From the NCBI GenBank assembly GCA_035559535.1, contig DATMBG010000012.1:186001-250000 (forward strand): a stretch of 64,000 nucleotides of DNA, in the 5' to 3' direction. Positions 52,939 through 62,170 of the stretch are shown here, piece by piece. The notes below the pieces were generated by a model. That model ran no database searches, had not been told where the DNA came from, and worked only from the letters and a program-made list of their open reading frames with translations. Positions within the stretch are counted from its first letter, which is position 1; every line of letters begins with the position of its first letter. Source of the stretch: Candidatus Limnocylindrales bacterium. Its GTDB lineage: Bacteria; Moduliflexota; Moduliflexia; Moduliflexales; JAUQPW01. Position numbers and translations under genes: made by a program.

Positions 52939-54321
52939 TTATACTTTTTTCAATTTCCACTTACCCGCTCTAAACCAGATAATTAAAAGGACGGCATTAA
53001 GCATATGGGAGACGACAATGGCCAGCCAGACTCCCTTGAGCTGAAGGGTGGTATGATGTGCAAGAAAGTATGCCAGAGGGATTTGAACTCCCCATAGGGC
53101 GATGCTCGCCGTAATCAGAGGGGGAACTGCATCTCCCGCTCCATTAAAGGAACGACCCAGAATCAGGGCTATTCCCAGGAATACATAGGATAAGGTTGTA
53201 AATCGGAGATAGGTAGATCCTATGGTAATCACCTCGGGGTTTTTATCAAAAACACGAATCAATCCAGGGGCGAAGGCAAAAAAGGTTACAGCCAGTATAA
53301 GCATTAGAATGATACCCCAACGAACCGCGACCCAGGCACTTTTTTCGGCACGATCCGGTTTTTGAGCTCCCAGGTTCTGGCCAACCAGTGTAGCCGCGGC
53401 TAAAGAAAGACCCAATGTGGGAAGGGTTACCACCATATCTAACCGACTGGCTCCGATTCCAAAGGCTGCAATGGCGGCTGTCCCATAAGGAGTTACGATT
53501 TTCATGAGCGCTACTCGGGCCAGACTTCGAAGAAAGGTTTCTGCGGAACCTGGAACTGCAATCTTAATAAGCTGCCAGATCACCTGGAAGTCTAACCGGA
53601 TCCTTTGTAAGGAGATTTGGATGGGAGTCGAGCCTTTAAGGAGAAGATACAGGGTGATCAGAGAGCCCACTCCCAAAGAAATAACCGTAGCATAAGCGGC
53701 CCCATCTACCCCCAGTCTGGGAAAAGGCCCCCAACCGAAGATCAATAGAGGATCCAGGATGATATTTAAGAGAATGGAGAATCCCAGAATCTTAGCCGAC
53801 AAAGCGGCTTCTCCAGCTCCTCGAAGGGCCGCGCTGCTGATAAAAAGAAAAAGAAAAGCCAGAGTTCCTGCAAAGGATATTTTGAGGTAACCCAGGCCAA
53901 CTTGAATAACCTCAGGGGTCGCACCCATCAATTTGTAAATCGATTCTGAATAAATATATCCGGGAATACCAACTACGATAGAGAGAAGCATTACGATTGC
54001 CAGAGATTGAACAGTAGCATGGCTGCTTTGAGTCAGGTCCTTGGCTCCGACAGCTCGGGAAACCAAAGCTACTGTTGCACTGGATAAACCGGTTCCCAGG
54101 GTGATGAGGAGGATCATGATCAGGGCAGACATGGATACCGCTGCAATGGCGGAAGAACCCAGCTTCCCTACGAAATACATGTCCACCAGGTAAAAAACCA
54201 TCTGCAAGAACATCCCCAGGGTCATGGGAATGGAGAGTGCCAGAAGATTTTTCCCTATACTCCCTTCGGTCAAGTCTCGCCTGGATTCGGTCAGGTTTAA
54301 TTTAGATTTAGGTTCAATCAT
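52939..54321 (-). CDS. MATE family efflux transporter
   Basis: LTEGSI, LNIILDPLLIFG, GVDGAAYAT, GQNLGA. Confidence 0.92.
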   Translation of the reverse strand: MIEPKSKLNLTESRRDLTEGSIGKNLLALSIPMTLGMFLQMVFYLVDMYFVGKLGSSAIAAVSMSALIMILLITLGTGLSSATVALVSRAVGAKDLTQSSHATVQSLAIVMLLSIVVGIPGYIYSESIYKLMGATPEVIQVGLGYLKISFAGTLAFLFLFISSAALRGAGEAALSAKILGFSILLNIILDPLLIFGWGPFPRLGVDGAAYATVISLGVGSLITLYLLLKGSTPIQISLQRIRLDFQVIWQLIKIAVPGSAETFLRSLARVALMKIVTPYGTAAIAAFGIGASRLDMVVTLPTLGLSLAAATLVGQNLGAQKPDRAEKSAWVAVRWGIILMLILAVTFFAFAPGLIRVFDKNPEVITIGSTYLRFTTLSYVFLGIALILGRSFNGAGDAVPPLITASIALWGVQIPLAYFLAHHTTLQLKGVWLAIVVSHMLNAVLLIIWFRAGKWKLKKV

Positions 54322-54331
54322 GGTGATGTGG

Positions 54332-55201
54332 CTAGGGAATAACTTTATTCAAAGGATATTCCACAATCCCTTGAGCTCCTGCCCTTCGGAGATCTGGAAT
54401 AATTTCCCGGGCGACTTTTTCATTAATAACGACCTCTACGGCGACCCAATCCGGATCTTGAAGATTCGATATGGTAGGGGTATGTAAGGCAGGAAGAATT
54501 TTTGAGATCCGGGGCAGGTTGGCCCGGTTGATATTCATTTTGAGTCCCACCATTTCTTCTGCCATCAAGGCGCCTTTTAAAAGGCAGGCAATATTTTCTA
54601 TTTTTTGCCGTTTCCAGGGATCCTCCCAGGCCGATCGGTTGGCAATTAATTTAGTGGTAGACTCCAAAACCAGGTCGATAATTCGGAGGTTATTGGCTCT
54701 CAGGGAACTCCCGGTTTCCGTAACTTCTACAATAGCATCGGCCAATTTCGGGGGTTTAACCTCCGTTGCGCCCCATGAAAATTCTACTTGCACTTCAATA
54801 TTTCGGGATTTGAAAAATTTTCGAGTTACATTGACCAGCTCCGTGGCAATTCGTTTTCCTCTTAAATCCTCCACCTTCTCAAAAGGTGAATTCTCCGGAA
54901 CGGCTACAACCCATTTTACCGGTCGTAATCCCTGCTTGGCATAAACCAGATCGGCTACCTCAATCACATCGGCTTCTTGTTCAAGGATCCAATCGCGTCC
55001 TGTAAGTCCTATGTCCAGTACACCATTTTCAACGTAATGGGCCATTTCTTGAGCACGAATTAACAAGCCTTCCAGCTCCGGATCATCAAAATTGGGAGTG
55101 TAAGCCCTTTGACCGATGGTAATAATATAACCGGCCTTTCTAAATAAATCGAGGGTTGAGTCTTGCAAACTTCCTTTAGGAAGTCCCACTTTAAGTTTCA
55201 T
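54332..55201 (-). CDS. hisG: ATP phosphoribosyltransferase (long form)
   Basis: [33 protein letters not shown]-terminal regulatory domain. Confidence 0.95.
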   Translation of the reverse strand: MKLKVGLPKGSLQDSTLDLFRKAGYIITIGQRAYTPNFDDPELEGLLIRAQEMAHYVENGVLDIGLTGRDWILEQEADVIEVADLVYAKQGLRPVKWVVAVPENSPFEKVEDLRGKRIATELVNVTRKFFKSRNIEVQVEFSWGATEVKPPKLADAIVEVTETGSSLRANNLRIIDLVLESTTKLIANRSAWEDPWKRQKIENIACLLKGALMAEEMVGLKMNINRANLPRISKILPALHTPTISNLQDPDWVAVEVVINEKVAREIIPDLRRAGAQGIVEYPLNKVIP

Positions 55202-55213
55202 CTTATTTTTCTC

Positions 55214-55438
55214 CTACCTTCTACTTAACAGATTTAAAATAATCGTCAGAATAATACTGATGAGAATCGAGGTCATGAGAGGAAAATAGAACGTAAAATT
55301 CTTTTTTTCAATATAAATATCTCCAGGTAGTCTTCCAATAAAAGGAATTTTATCGACGAACAATAATATTAGCCCGATCACGATAGCAATTCCTCCAAAG
55401 AGGATAAGCATTTTTCCTAAATTGCTCCACTCAAGCAT
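55214..55438 (-). CDS. DUF2905-like small membrane protein
   Basis: GRLPGDI....FTFYFP..TSILIS. Confidence 0.85.
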   Translation of the reverse strand: MLEWSNLGKMLILFGGIAIVIGLILLFVDKIPFIGRLPGDIYIEKKNFTFYFPLMTSILISIILTIILNLLSRR

Positions 55439-56402
55439 TTTTGATACTCTCCAAAATTTCTACTGCTACCTCTAAGGCCCTGCGTCCCGCTTCTCCGGAG
55501 ACCAGAGGCTTTTTCTTATGGGTAATACATTCTACAAAGGACTCCAATTCCATTCTAAGGGGTTCTCCTTTGGTTATTTCAACTTTTCGAACAGCAATTT
55601 CAGGGCGGTCTAAGGCAGATTTTTCATAGGTCGAAAGCGCTTCCGGATACTTTAGTTCTGCAAGGATCAACTCTTGAGCCTGATAATCCAGAGAAAGATA
55701 ACGCTCCTTTTGAAAAATCCTCAGTTTTCGCTCCTGCTTAAGACTCACCCGGCTTGCTGTCATGTTGGCCACACACCCAGATTCAAATTGAACTCGAACA
55801 TTGGCAATATCGATGTTTGAAGTCAAGACGGGAATTCCAACCGCCTGGATATATTTCACAGGAGAAGGCACCAAACTTAATATAATGTCTATATCATGGA
55901 TCATCAAATCCATAATCACATCAATGTCGGTACTTCGGTCTGGAAAATGGCTGATGCGATAGGATTCGATGAATTTTGGATCCTTAGCTAACCGATGTAA
56001 AGCTTGAACGGCTGGGTTAAACCGCTCTAAATGTCCAACCTGAAGGATGAGTTTTTTGGCTGCAGCCAGGTCGATGAGCTCGTTAGCTTCTTGAAGGGTC
56101 TTGGTCATCGGCTTTTCTATCAAAACATGGATACCTGCCTCCAGGCAATCCTTGGCAATATGATAGTGTTCCAGGGTGGGAACGACAATACTGACTGCAT
56201 CAACCTGACCAAAGAGATCCTGATAATTCTGATAAGCCTTAACTTTATATATCTGGGCAATTTCTCTGGCCCGAACCCCATCGATGTCTACGACTCCTAT
56301 CAATTGACAGGTTTCCAGCTCAGAATAAATTCGAGCATGATGACGTCCCAAGTGTCCAACGCCGATAACCCCAATCCGTAGTGGTTGCTTAGCGCCTGAC
56401 AA
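55431..56402 (-). CDS. Gfo/Idh/MocA oxidoreductase (GnnA-like UDP-GlcNAc 3-dehydrogenase)
   Basis: GVGHLG, EKP, VGHLERFNPA, DLMIHDID, TASRVS. Confidence 0.85.
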   Translation of the reverse strand: MSGAKQPLRIGVIGVGHLGRHHARIYSELETCQLIGVVDIDGVRAREIAQIYKVKAYQNYQDLFGQVDAVSIVVPTLEHYHIAKDCLEAGIHVLIEKPMTKTLQEANELIDLAAAKKLILQVGHLERFNPAVQALHRLAKDPKFIESYRISHFPDRSTDIDVIMDLMIHDIDIILSLVPSPVKYIQAVGIPVLTSNIDIANVRVQFESGCVANMTASRVSLKQERKLRIFQKERYLSLDYQAQELILAELKYPEALSTYEKSALDRPEIAVRKVEITKGEPLRMELESFVECITHKKKPLVSGEAGRRALEVAVEILESIKNA

Positions 56403-56498
56403 ACCCGGAAAAGTCTGTCATAACGACTTGAATCGTTCAGGAATTTCTATCCCTTATAGGGTAACGACTTAAGTCGTTATGACAAAACCGTACATGGC

Positions 56499-57089
56499 TT
56501 ACAGTTGGGAACCTTCTTTTTTCTCTTCCGATGGTTGCGTTCCTGCCGGAGGTACAGGCTGTGGTGTTTCTGTTCCCGATTTCTCTTTCTCGAGGGGTGG
56601 TAACTCAGGGGTCGGTATTTCCCGCTTAAGGGAAGGTTCCTCTTTGCTGCCGGATTCTAAAGGAGAGGGGGCTACCTTTAAACTTCTCTTAGATCGGGGT
56701 ACCCATTCCCCACCTCGTTGGGCCAATTGGATCCACTCCTGGTAGTTGTACCTGGGGGACCAGTTCTTCGCAACGGGAATTCTCAGAAGCTGCCCGGGCT
56801 CTAATCGGTTGGGATTTCTTATCTGATGTCGATTTGCTCGATAGATTTTTTTCCATTGTCGTGGATCTCCATAATAATAGCCGGCCAGTAAATGTAAATT
56901 TTCCTTGCCGGAGACCTGATGAAGAACCTCATGGGGAAGGTTTCGCGCTTCAGGAGGTAAATCCTTATCCGGAGGTTCTGGAGGAAGGGGTTTAATAAAA
57001 CCATCTTGGGCCATGCTTGAACTGACCAGAATAACCAACCCAACCACCAGACTGATTCCAAGACCAAAAATAGCGGTTAACTTTTTCAT
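56499..57089 (-). CDS. secreted LysM-domain protein with Pro-rich tail
   Basis: signal peptide; ENLHLLAGYYYGD..WKKIYRAN..I.NPNRL.PGQ.L.IP; SD AGGAGGAG. Confidence 0.8.
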   Translation of the reverse strand: MKKLTAIFGLGISLVVGLVILVSSSMAQDGFIKPLPPEPPDKDLPPEARNLPHEVLHQVSGKENLHLLAGYYYGDPRQWKKIYRANRHQIRNPNRLEPGQLLRIPVAKNWSPRYNYQEWIQLAQRGGEWVPRSKRSLKVAPSPLESGSKEEPSLKREIPTPELPPLEKEKSGTETPQPVPPAGTQPSEEKKEGSQL

Positions 57090-57157
57090 ATCTACTCCTC
57101 CTTTTCAAGGAACAATAAGTCGTGAATACCTTAAACACTGAAAAAACCCTCGGTTGT

Positions 57158-57955
57158 TCAGGACTCATTACCCATTGTTTGCGATTCTTCCCACATCTGT
57201 AAAAGCCTGTCATATTTGGGGGGAAACTTCCCCTGGTAATTCAAGAAGGGGGTTGCCGGGTAGCGAATGCCTGCTTTGTGGGTGGCCCTTAAACCTTCCA
57301 GAACTGTTTCCAATTTATTATAGGGAATTGTAAAGGCCATCTCGTGATCCTGGGTCTGTGCAAAAAACCGGTCTCCCGTACAGGGTAAAATAACCTGACA
57401 TTCCCCGGTCTTCATGGTCGTAACGGTCATATCGGCACAATCTGCACGTCCTGAAAAAGAGGAATGAATTCGTCCCCCCTTTTTGTAAAGGGCGGCCTGT
57501 ACCAGCCGCATCACTTGAGCCGAATTCCCGAAAATTAAAATAACATCCGGTTTGAAGGTTGCTTTGTCCAGGGGAGCAACCAGAAAATATTTATATCGTC
57601 CTACCTCAAATTTATCCAACTCTGCCTCCGTTACCCTTCCTGCTTCGGCCGTTTCCGTGTACATGCCTTCACAAAGATTCCCTTCGGTATAAAAGGCATT
57701 CGGCTCACCAAATCCAAGGGCTATCATCCCCAAGGAACAACAGTGGTCTTCCTTCCCGATAGCCAATGTCCACCCATAACGCCGGGCCATGGAAATAGTC
57801 TGACAGGTTGCTACTTTGATTCCTAAATCTTTAACCGGCCTTCGGGCTTTCTCAGGAATCTCATCGGCTGATTTCAACATTTTGATCGCCAGAGGATAGG
57901 TACTGGGTCGAAGATAAAAGTCTATTTCTTCTGCAGCTTTTTTTAAGTCTACCAT
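57158..57955 (-). CDS. DUF169 family protein
   Basis: CQ....ARRYGW, PDVILIFGN.AQVMRL.QA, PCTGDR, EMAF.IP; SD AGGAGG. Confidence 0.8.
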   Translation of the reverse strand: MVDLKKAAEEIDFYLRPSTYPLAIKMLKSADEIPEKARRPVKDLGIKVATCQTISMARRYGWTLAIGKEDHCCSLGMIALGFGEPNAFYTEGNLCEGMYTETAEAGRVTEAELDKFEVGRYKYFLVAPLDKATFKPDVILIFGNSAQVMRLVQAALYKKGGRIHSSFSGRADCADMTVTTMKTGECQVILPCTGDRFFAQTQDHEMAFTIPYNKLETVLEGLRATHKAGIRYPATPFLNYQGKFPPKYDRLLQMWEESQTMGNES

Positions 57956-58102
57956 GCCCGTTTCGCCTCCTTGTTGGAATAAAATTTGATTTTCTTCAGG
58001 CTAATACGTCTTTCCCTTACTGTCAAGAAATAAGGATTTTAGAATTACGAATTTAAAGTCTAACGGGTGGTAGAAGCCACCAAGAGAATTTTAAATAAAG
58101 CC

Positions 58103-58666
58103 TTATCTAAAAAAGAAACTTAAACCTCCCGTAAGGGCAAAGTAATCTGGATTGGAAACATGAAGCCTACCCTGCATATCGAAGGCCAGCGAATCACTGA
58201 GGAAGTACATAAAACCACCCCCCACATGGAGGCCCACATCGGCTTCAGTGCTGTTTTCACCAGAGGAAAAACCCAGAGGGCTTAAGTTTACATTGGAAGA
58301 AGTGATATAAATACCTAAACCTCCACTTACATAGGGGATCATCCTTCCGTAGGGGGCCAGCAGGTATCGAATGCCACCGGTTAATTCTAAAACCGAGAGG
58401 TCAGCATTTATACCTAATACCTCCAGATCCTCATCCTCTGAGAGGGGAGCATAACTGACATTCACTTCCGCTATAAGGTTACTGCGAAAACCGTATAAAA
58501 GTTTTTCACCCAAAACAAAACTGGTATCTGCTACGTCACTGAGATCTCCAACTGGAAATAAAACACCTACATTTCCGTTGATTCCCCATCTTCCGGTAAG
58601 ATCAACGGCAGCTACAGGAGATGCATAACAAACTACCATCACAAGGGAAAATATTACCTTTTTCAT
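58103..58666 (-). CDS. outer membrane beta-barrel protein (OmpW/OmpA-like)
   Basis: signal peptide, amphipathic strands, PYVSGGLG, aromatic C-terminus; SD AAGGAGG. Confidence 0.8.
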   Translation of the reverse strand: MKKVIFSLVMVVCYASPVAAVDLTGRWGINGNVGVLFPVGDLSDVADTSFVLGEKLLYGFRSNLIAEVNVSYAPLSEDEDLEVLGINADLSVLELTGGIRYLLAPYGRMIPYVSGGLGIYITSSNVNLSPLGFSSGENSTEADVGLHVGGGFMYFLSDSLAFDMQGRLHVSNPDYFALTGGLSFFFR

Positions 58667-58762
58667 GAAGTCCTCCTTTAGTTAAAAATAGAGTTGGTAG
58701 TGCCTGTCACAGATATCATGGGGTAGTGTCTAAGAATATCTTAGAAACGGAGCTTTTTGTGC

Positions 58763-59023
58763 TTATTGAGGTTTTTTTCTTATCCTTTCATAGGGATAGT
58801 GACCGATAATGTGGGTACGCATATATTGTCCTTTAGATTCAGCCGTTATCAAGCCTTCGTACAGTTCCCTGGATATATGGAAGTAACGATAAATACCCCC
58901 TGTACGGAAGACTACTTCTAGAATCTGGGCCGCATCATCATATCCAACGGCATAGAGCATGGTCGAATCAACCTTGGTTAATTGCCGAATGCCCTTCCCG
59001 TTAGAGTCTGTCTTTTCTATCAT
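58763..59023 (-). CDS. KTSC domain protein
   Basis: VDST...VGYD....LEV.F..G..YRY..........A.SKG.Y. Confidence 0.85.
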   Translation of the reverse strand: MIEKTDSNGKGIRQLTKVDSTMLYAVGYDDAAQILEVVFRTGGIYRYFHISRELYEGLITAESKGQYMRTHIIGHYPYERIRKKPQ

Positions 59024-60510
59024 CCTAAGTACCTGCTGAGTCGTTCCTTAATCCCATCCAAAGAAATTTCTCCTATCCCAATCCTCTGAGCCAGCTCCTC
59101 CAGAGTATATCGCTGCCCGTACTTCCAGATATTGAGAAGAAATTCTCCGGCATGGGGATTTCGAAACCAGTCTTCATCAAAATTCTCGGTGAGAAACCAG
59201 CTTAACTGGGCCTCAAAGATCCAGGCCCTGAGATATCGAGCGGCGTAAAAGTACGAATCTACATCATAAAGATAATGATCGGAATCATATACCACTTTAC
59301 AGGCGTCGGTTAAGAGCTCTCGATAAACCTCTTTCTTGCCACTTAAGGAGCCTCCATCATGGAGGAAAAGTTCATAGGCCAGTTTAGCCCCATATCGGCG
59401 AAGGAAATAAAGATATTTGAGGTGTAGAAGCTGGAGGAAATTCTGGGTTTCTTTCCCCATATCCAGATAGCGCTTCAGCCAAAGCGGATTCAATATCATG
59501 TGCTCTAGTGTAAAAGCGTGGGCTTCCGTAACAGAACTATCTCCTAACCAGCGAAACTCAAAAGGCTCCTCGTGGGAGGTATATCCGAAATGTAAGGAAT
59601 GACCCAATTCATGAAGGAAAGCCCGATAATCTTCCACACCGCCTCGGGGTAAGATAACCAAAATAACCTGATCCGGTACATCGAGAGTGGCACAAAAGGC
59701 CCGAGGAGATTTACTTGGACGTGGTTCTGTATCAAAGGTAATCCGACCTTCTGCCGTAATATCCAGTTTTAAAGCCTCACTCCATCGTCGCATCAAAGGG
59801 ATCATCCAGCCTTTAGGGAAAAAGTTGTCATATTCGTGGAAACGAAAGAAATAGGCCAAATCGGATTTTTGTGCTTCCCGGAGCTTTAATCCCATTTTTT
59901 TATTAAGGGCCCAACTTAAAACATCCACATACAACTCTTCCGTTTCAGAGAGAAATTTTTGCATCTGATTATTTAAACTTTTTAAATCAATTCCGCTTAA
60001 CTTTTGAAACTGATCTGTATAATTAGAAAATCCCAGTTTGCCGACCTGATCGTAGGTTCGTTCCCAGGATTCTTCCAGCAGTGGATTCAATTCTCGGATA
60101 ACCTTCCTCTGCCCCTGGTAAATCAAGGCTCGTCGCTCCCGGTTTTGTTCATTGGCTAAGGCTACTTCGGCCCTTCGAAAAGGGATTTCTTCTTCCCGAG
60201 GAAGCTTAACGGTCGCTTTAGCTTCCAAAGTAAGAATTTTGTCGGTGAGATGGTTAATCTCCCTTCTCTGATGGGCCACGGTTAAATACTCGTACAAGAA
60301 GTTTAGTCGCTTTCGTTCCTCTCCCTCTGATTTGACAAGATCGGTTTTGAGGGTCTCTAAGGTTTCTTCTGTAAAAAGATTTGTATATTTGAGGTAAACA
60401 TCAGAAAGCCGACTCTCTTCTTTTAAGCCGGCCCGGTTCTGGTATAATTCCTGGTTGGATTCTTTGATAAAACTTTCGGTTTTATTACGAATGTCCAGGG
60501 TAGTTTTCAT
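59020..60510 (-). CDS. M3/M32-like zinc metallopeptidase
   Basis: KSPRAFC, HELGH, downstream TE third ligand; ATG 60510. Confidence 0.75.
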   Translation of the reverse strand: MKTTLDIRNKTESFIKESNQELYQNRAGLKEESRLSDVYLKYTNLFTEETLETLKTDLVKSEGEERKRLNFLYEYLTVAHQRREINHLTDKILTLEAKATVKLPREEEIPFRRAEVALANEQNRERRALIYQGQRKVIRELNPLLEESWERTYDQVGKLGFSNYTDQFQKLSGIDLKSLNNQMQKFLSETEELYVDVLSWALNKKMGLKLREAQKSDLAYFFRFHEYDNFFPKGWMIPLMRRWSEALKLDITAEGRITFDTEPRPSKSPRAFCATLDVPDQVILVILPRGGVEDYRAFLHELGHSLHFGYTSHEEPFEFRWLGDSSVTEAHAFTLEHMILNPLWLKRYLDMGKETQNFLQLLHLKYLYFLRRYGAKLAYELFLHDGGSLSGKKEVYRELLTDACKVVYDSDHYLYDVDSYFYAARYLRAWIFEAQLSWFLTENFDEDWFRNPHAGEFLLNIWKYGQRYTLEELAQRIGIGEISLDGIKERLSRYLG

Positions 60511-60838
60511 GGATTGGCCCGTTATCCATAGTTCGTTGTCCGTTGTATAAAACAAAGAACAACAGACGACGGACTGAATACGCTTCTATCACTTTTATCT
60601 TTATTATGTATAATGGTAAGAATTCCAGGCCCTGTCAACCTTAAATCCTTGACAAAAGATCCCTAGGGCCAGAATGAACCGGAAGATGACTAACAACCCA
60701 ACCACCCCACTTGCCTTATTTGAGGAGTTACCTTCAGGTATCCCAGACGCAAAATCGGAGATTATCTCCCAAACCGGAACCTGAAATAGGTTGAAAAATT
60801 TATATGGGCCTCTGAAAAGATCATTAAAAAAATAAAAC

Positions 60839-60885
60839 TTGACATCAACCCCTCTTTTACGTAAAGTTTGTTATACATTTCACGA
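60839..60885 (+). promoter_or_regulatory. sigma70 promoter with adjacent Rex-like operator upstream of nuoJKL
   Basis: TTGACA(60839)-N17-TAAAGT(60862) followed directly by TTGTTATACATTTCACGA (60868-60885), resembling TTGTGAA-N4-TTCACAA. Confidence 0.5.
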
Positions 60886-61184
60886 TGACCCGGAGGTTTC
60901 TTCTGAATTTCCTTAGAGTTTTATAGAGAGCTTCTAAAAAAGTTATCAACAACCACCTTTTTCCAACTTCTAAAAAAGGCTTCTTCTTCATCTTGACAAT
61001 GACGAGATAACTGAGTATTTTTTCGACTTAGTGAGTCAAAGAAATGAAAGAATTTTAAGTTATCTTTAAAGTGGTTCAGGTCCATTAAATACCCTGGAAA
61101 ACAACCAATCACTTTGTGTTTGAATAGGAGGGATACTTCTGTAAAGAAGTATCCCCCCGTATATTCAAACATCTGAAAAAAGAT

Positions 61185-61682
61185 TTGACGGCTTTTCTTA
61201 TATTTTCAACCCTGGCAATTCTGGGAGCTCTTTTAACTGTAACGGCCCGTAATCCGATTTACAGTGTTTTATTCCTGGCTATGACTTTTCTTCAAATTAG
61301 TGGTCTCTATGCTCTCCTCCAGGCTGAATTTATTGCCATTGTCCAGATAGCTGTATATGCCGGGGCAATTATGGTGCTTTTTCTCTTTGTGGTTATGTTT
61401 TTAGATGTAAAGGAAATCGCGACGGAGAAAAATTTCCATCCTATTGCCCCTGTTTGTTTAATTCTAGCGTTAGCCCTTCTAGGGGAGTTCCTGGTTTTCA
61501 TTTTCCATAAGCCTTCCCGTGAAGGAGGACTTTCCGAGACGGTAGCCGCAGTTGGTCAAATTTATGGTACTGCCGAGAATATCGGAAGCGCCTTATTTAG
61601 TCAGTATCTACTTCCTTTTGAGATTGCCTCTCTTCTTCTGCTTATGGCCATTGTTGGAGCCGTTGTCCTGGCAAAACGTTAA
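61185..61682 (+). CDS. nuoJ: NADH-quinone oxidoreductase subunit J
   Basis: NPIYS, AEFIA.VQI.VYAGAIMVLFLFVVM, YLLPFE..S..LL.A..GA. Confidence 0.93.
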   Translation: MTAFLIFSTLAILGALLTVTARNPIYSVLFLAMTFLQISGLYALLQAEFIAIVQIAVYAGAIMVLFLFVVMFLDVKEIATEKNFHPIAPVCLILALALLGEFLVFIFHKPSREGGLSETVAAVGQIYGTAENIGSALFSQYLLPFEIASLLLLMAIVGAVVLAKR

Positions 61683-61770
61683 TTTTAAAGTAAAACCTAA
61701 AAGGTAAGGTGTAAAACTGTCGAGGTGACTTTTTACGCTTTACGTTTTATGTTTTACGGTAAACCGATTC

Positions 61771-62079
61771 ATGTCACCTGTACCTTTGTCCTACTATCTG
61801 GTGGTCAGTACCGTTATTTTTTTCATTGGAATGTTGGGTGTTTTAACCCGCAGAAATGTAATCATCATCCTGATGTCTATTGAGCTTATGCTCAACGCGG
61901 CGAATATTAACTTTATAACTTTTTCCTATTATTTAAACTCCCTTCGGGGTCAGATTTTTGTTTTTTTTGTTATGACCGTAGCCGCAGCCGAGGCAGCGGT
62001 CGGATTGGCGGTTATTGTTTATCTTTTTCGAAACAAAAATACGGTCAACGACGATGAGTTTAGCTTAATGCGCTGGTAA
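61771..62079 (+). CDS. nuoK: NADH-quinone oxidoreductase subunit K
   Basis: [25 protein letters not shown]. Confidence 0.96.
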   Translation: MSPVPLSYYLVVSTVIFFIGMLGVLTRRNVIIILMSIELMLNAANINFITFSYYLNSLRGQIFVFFVMTVAAAEAAVGLAVIVYLFRNKNTVNDDEFSLMRW

Positions 62080-62170
62080 AACCTGTTAGATGATGGGTAT
62101 TGGATGACAAGTTTACCCTATTTCTTCTTTATCACCCAGTACCCATCACCCGGTGTTCATTACTTTCTTT

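Noticed and set aside
60921-61172. 83-aa minus-strand ORF upstream of nuoJ
   Set aside because: AT-rich promoter and leader region; no motif or SD
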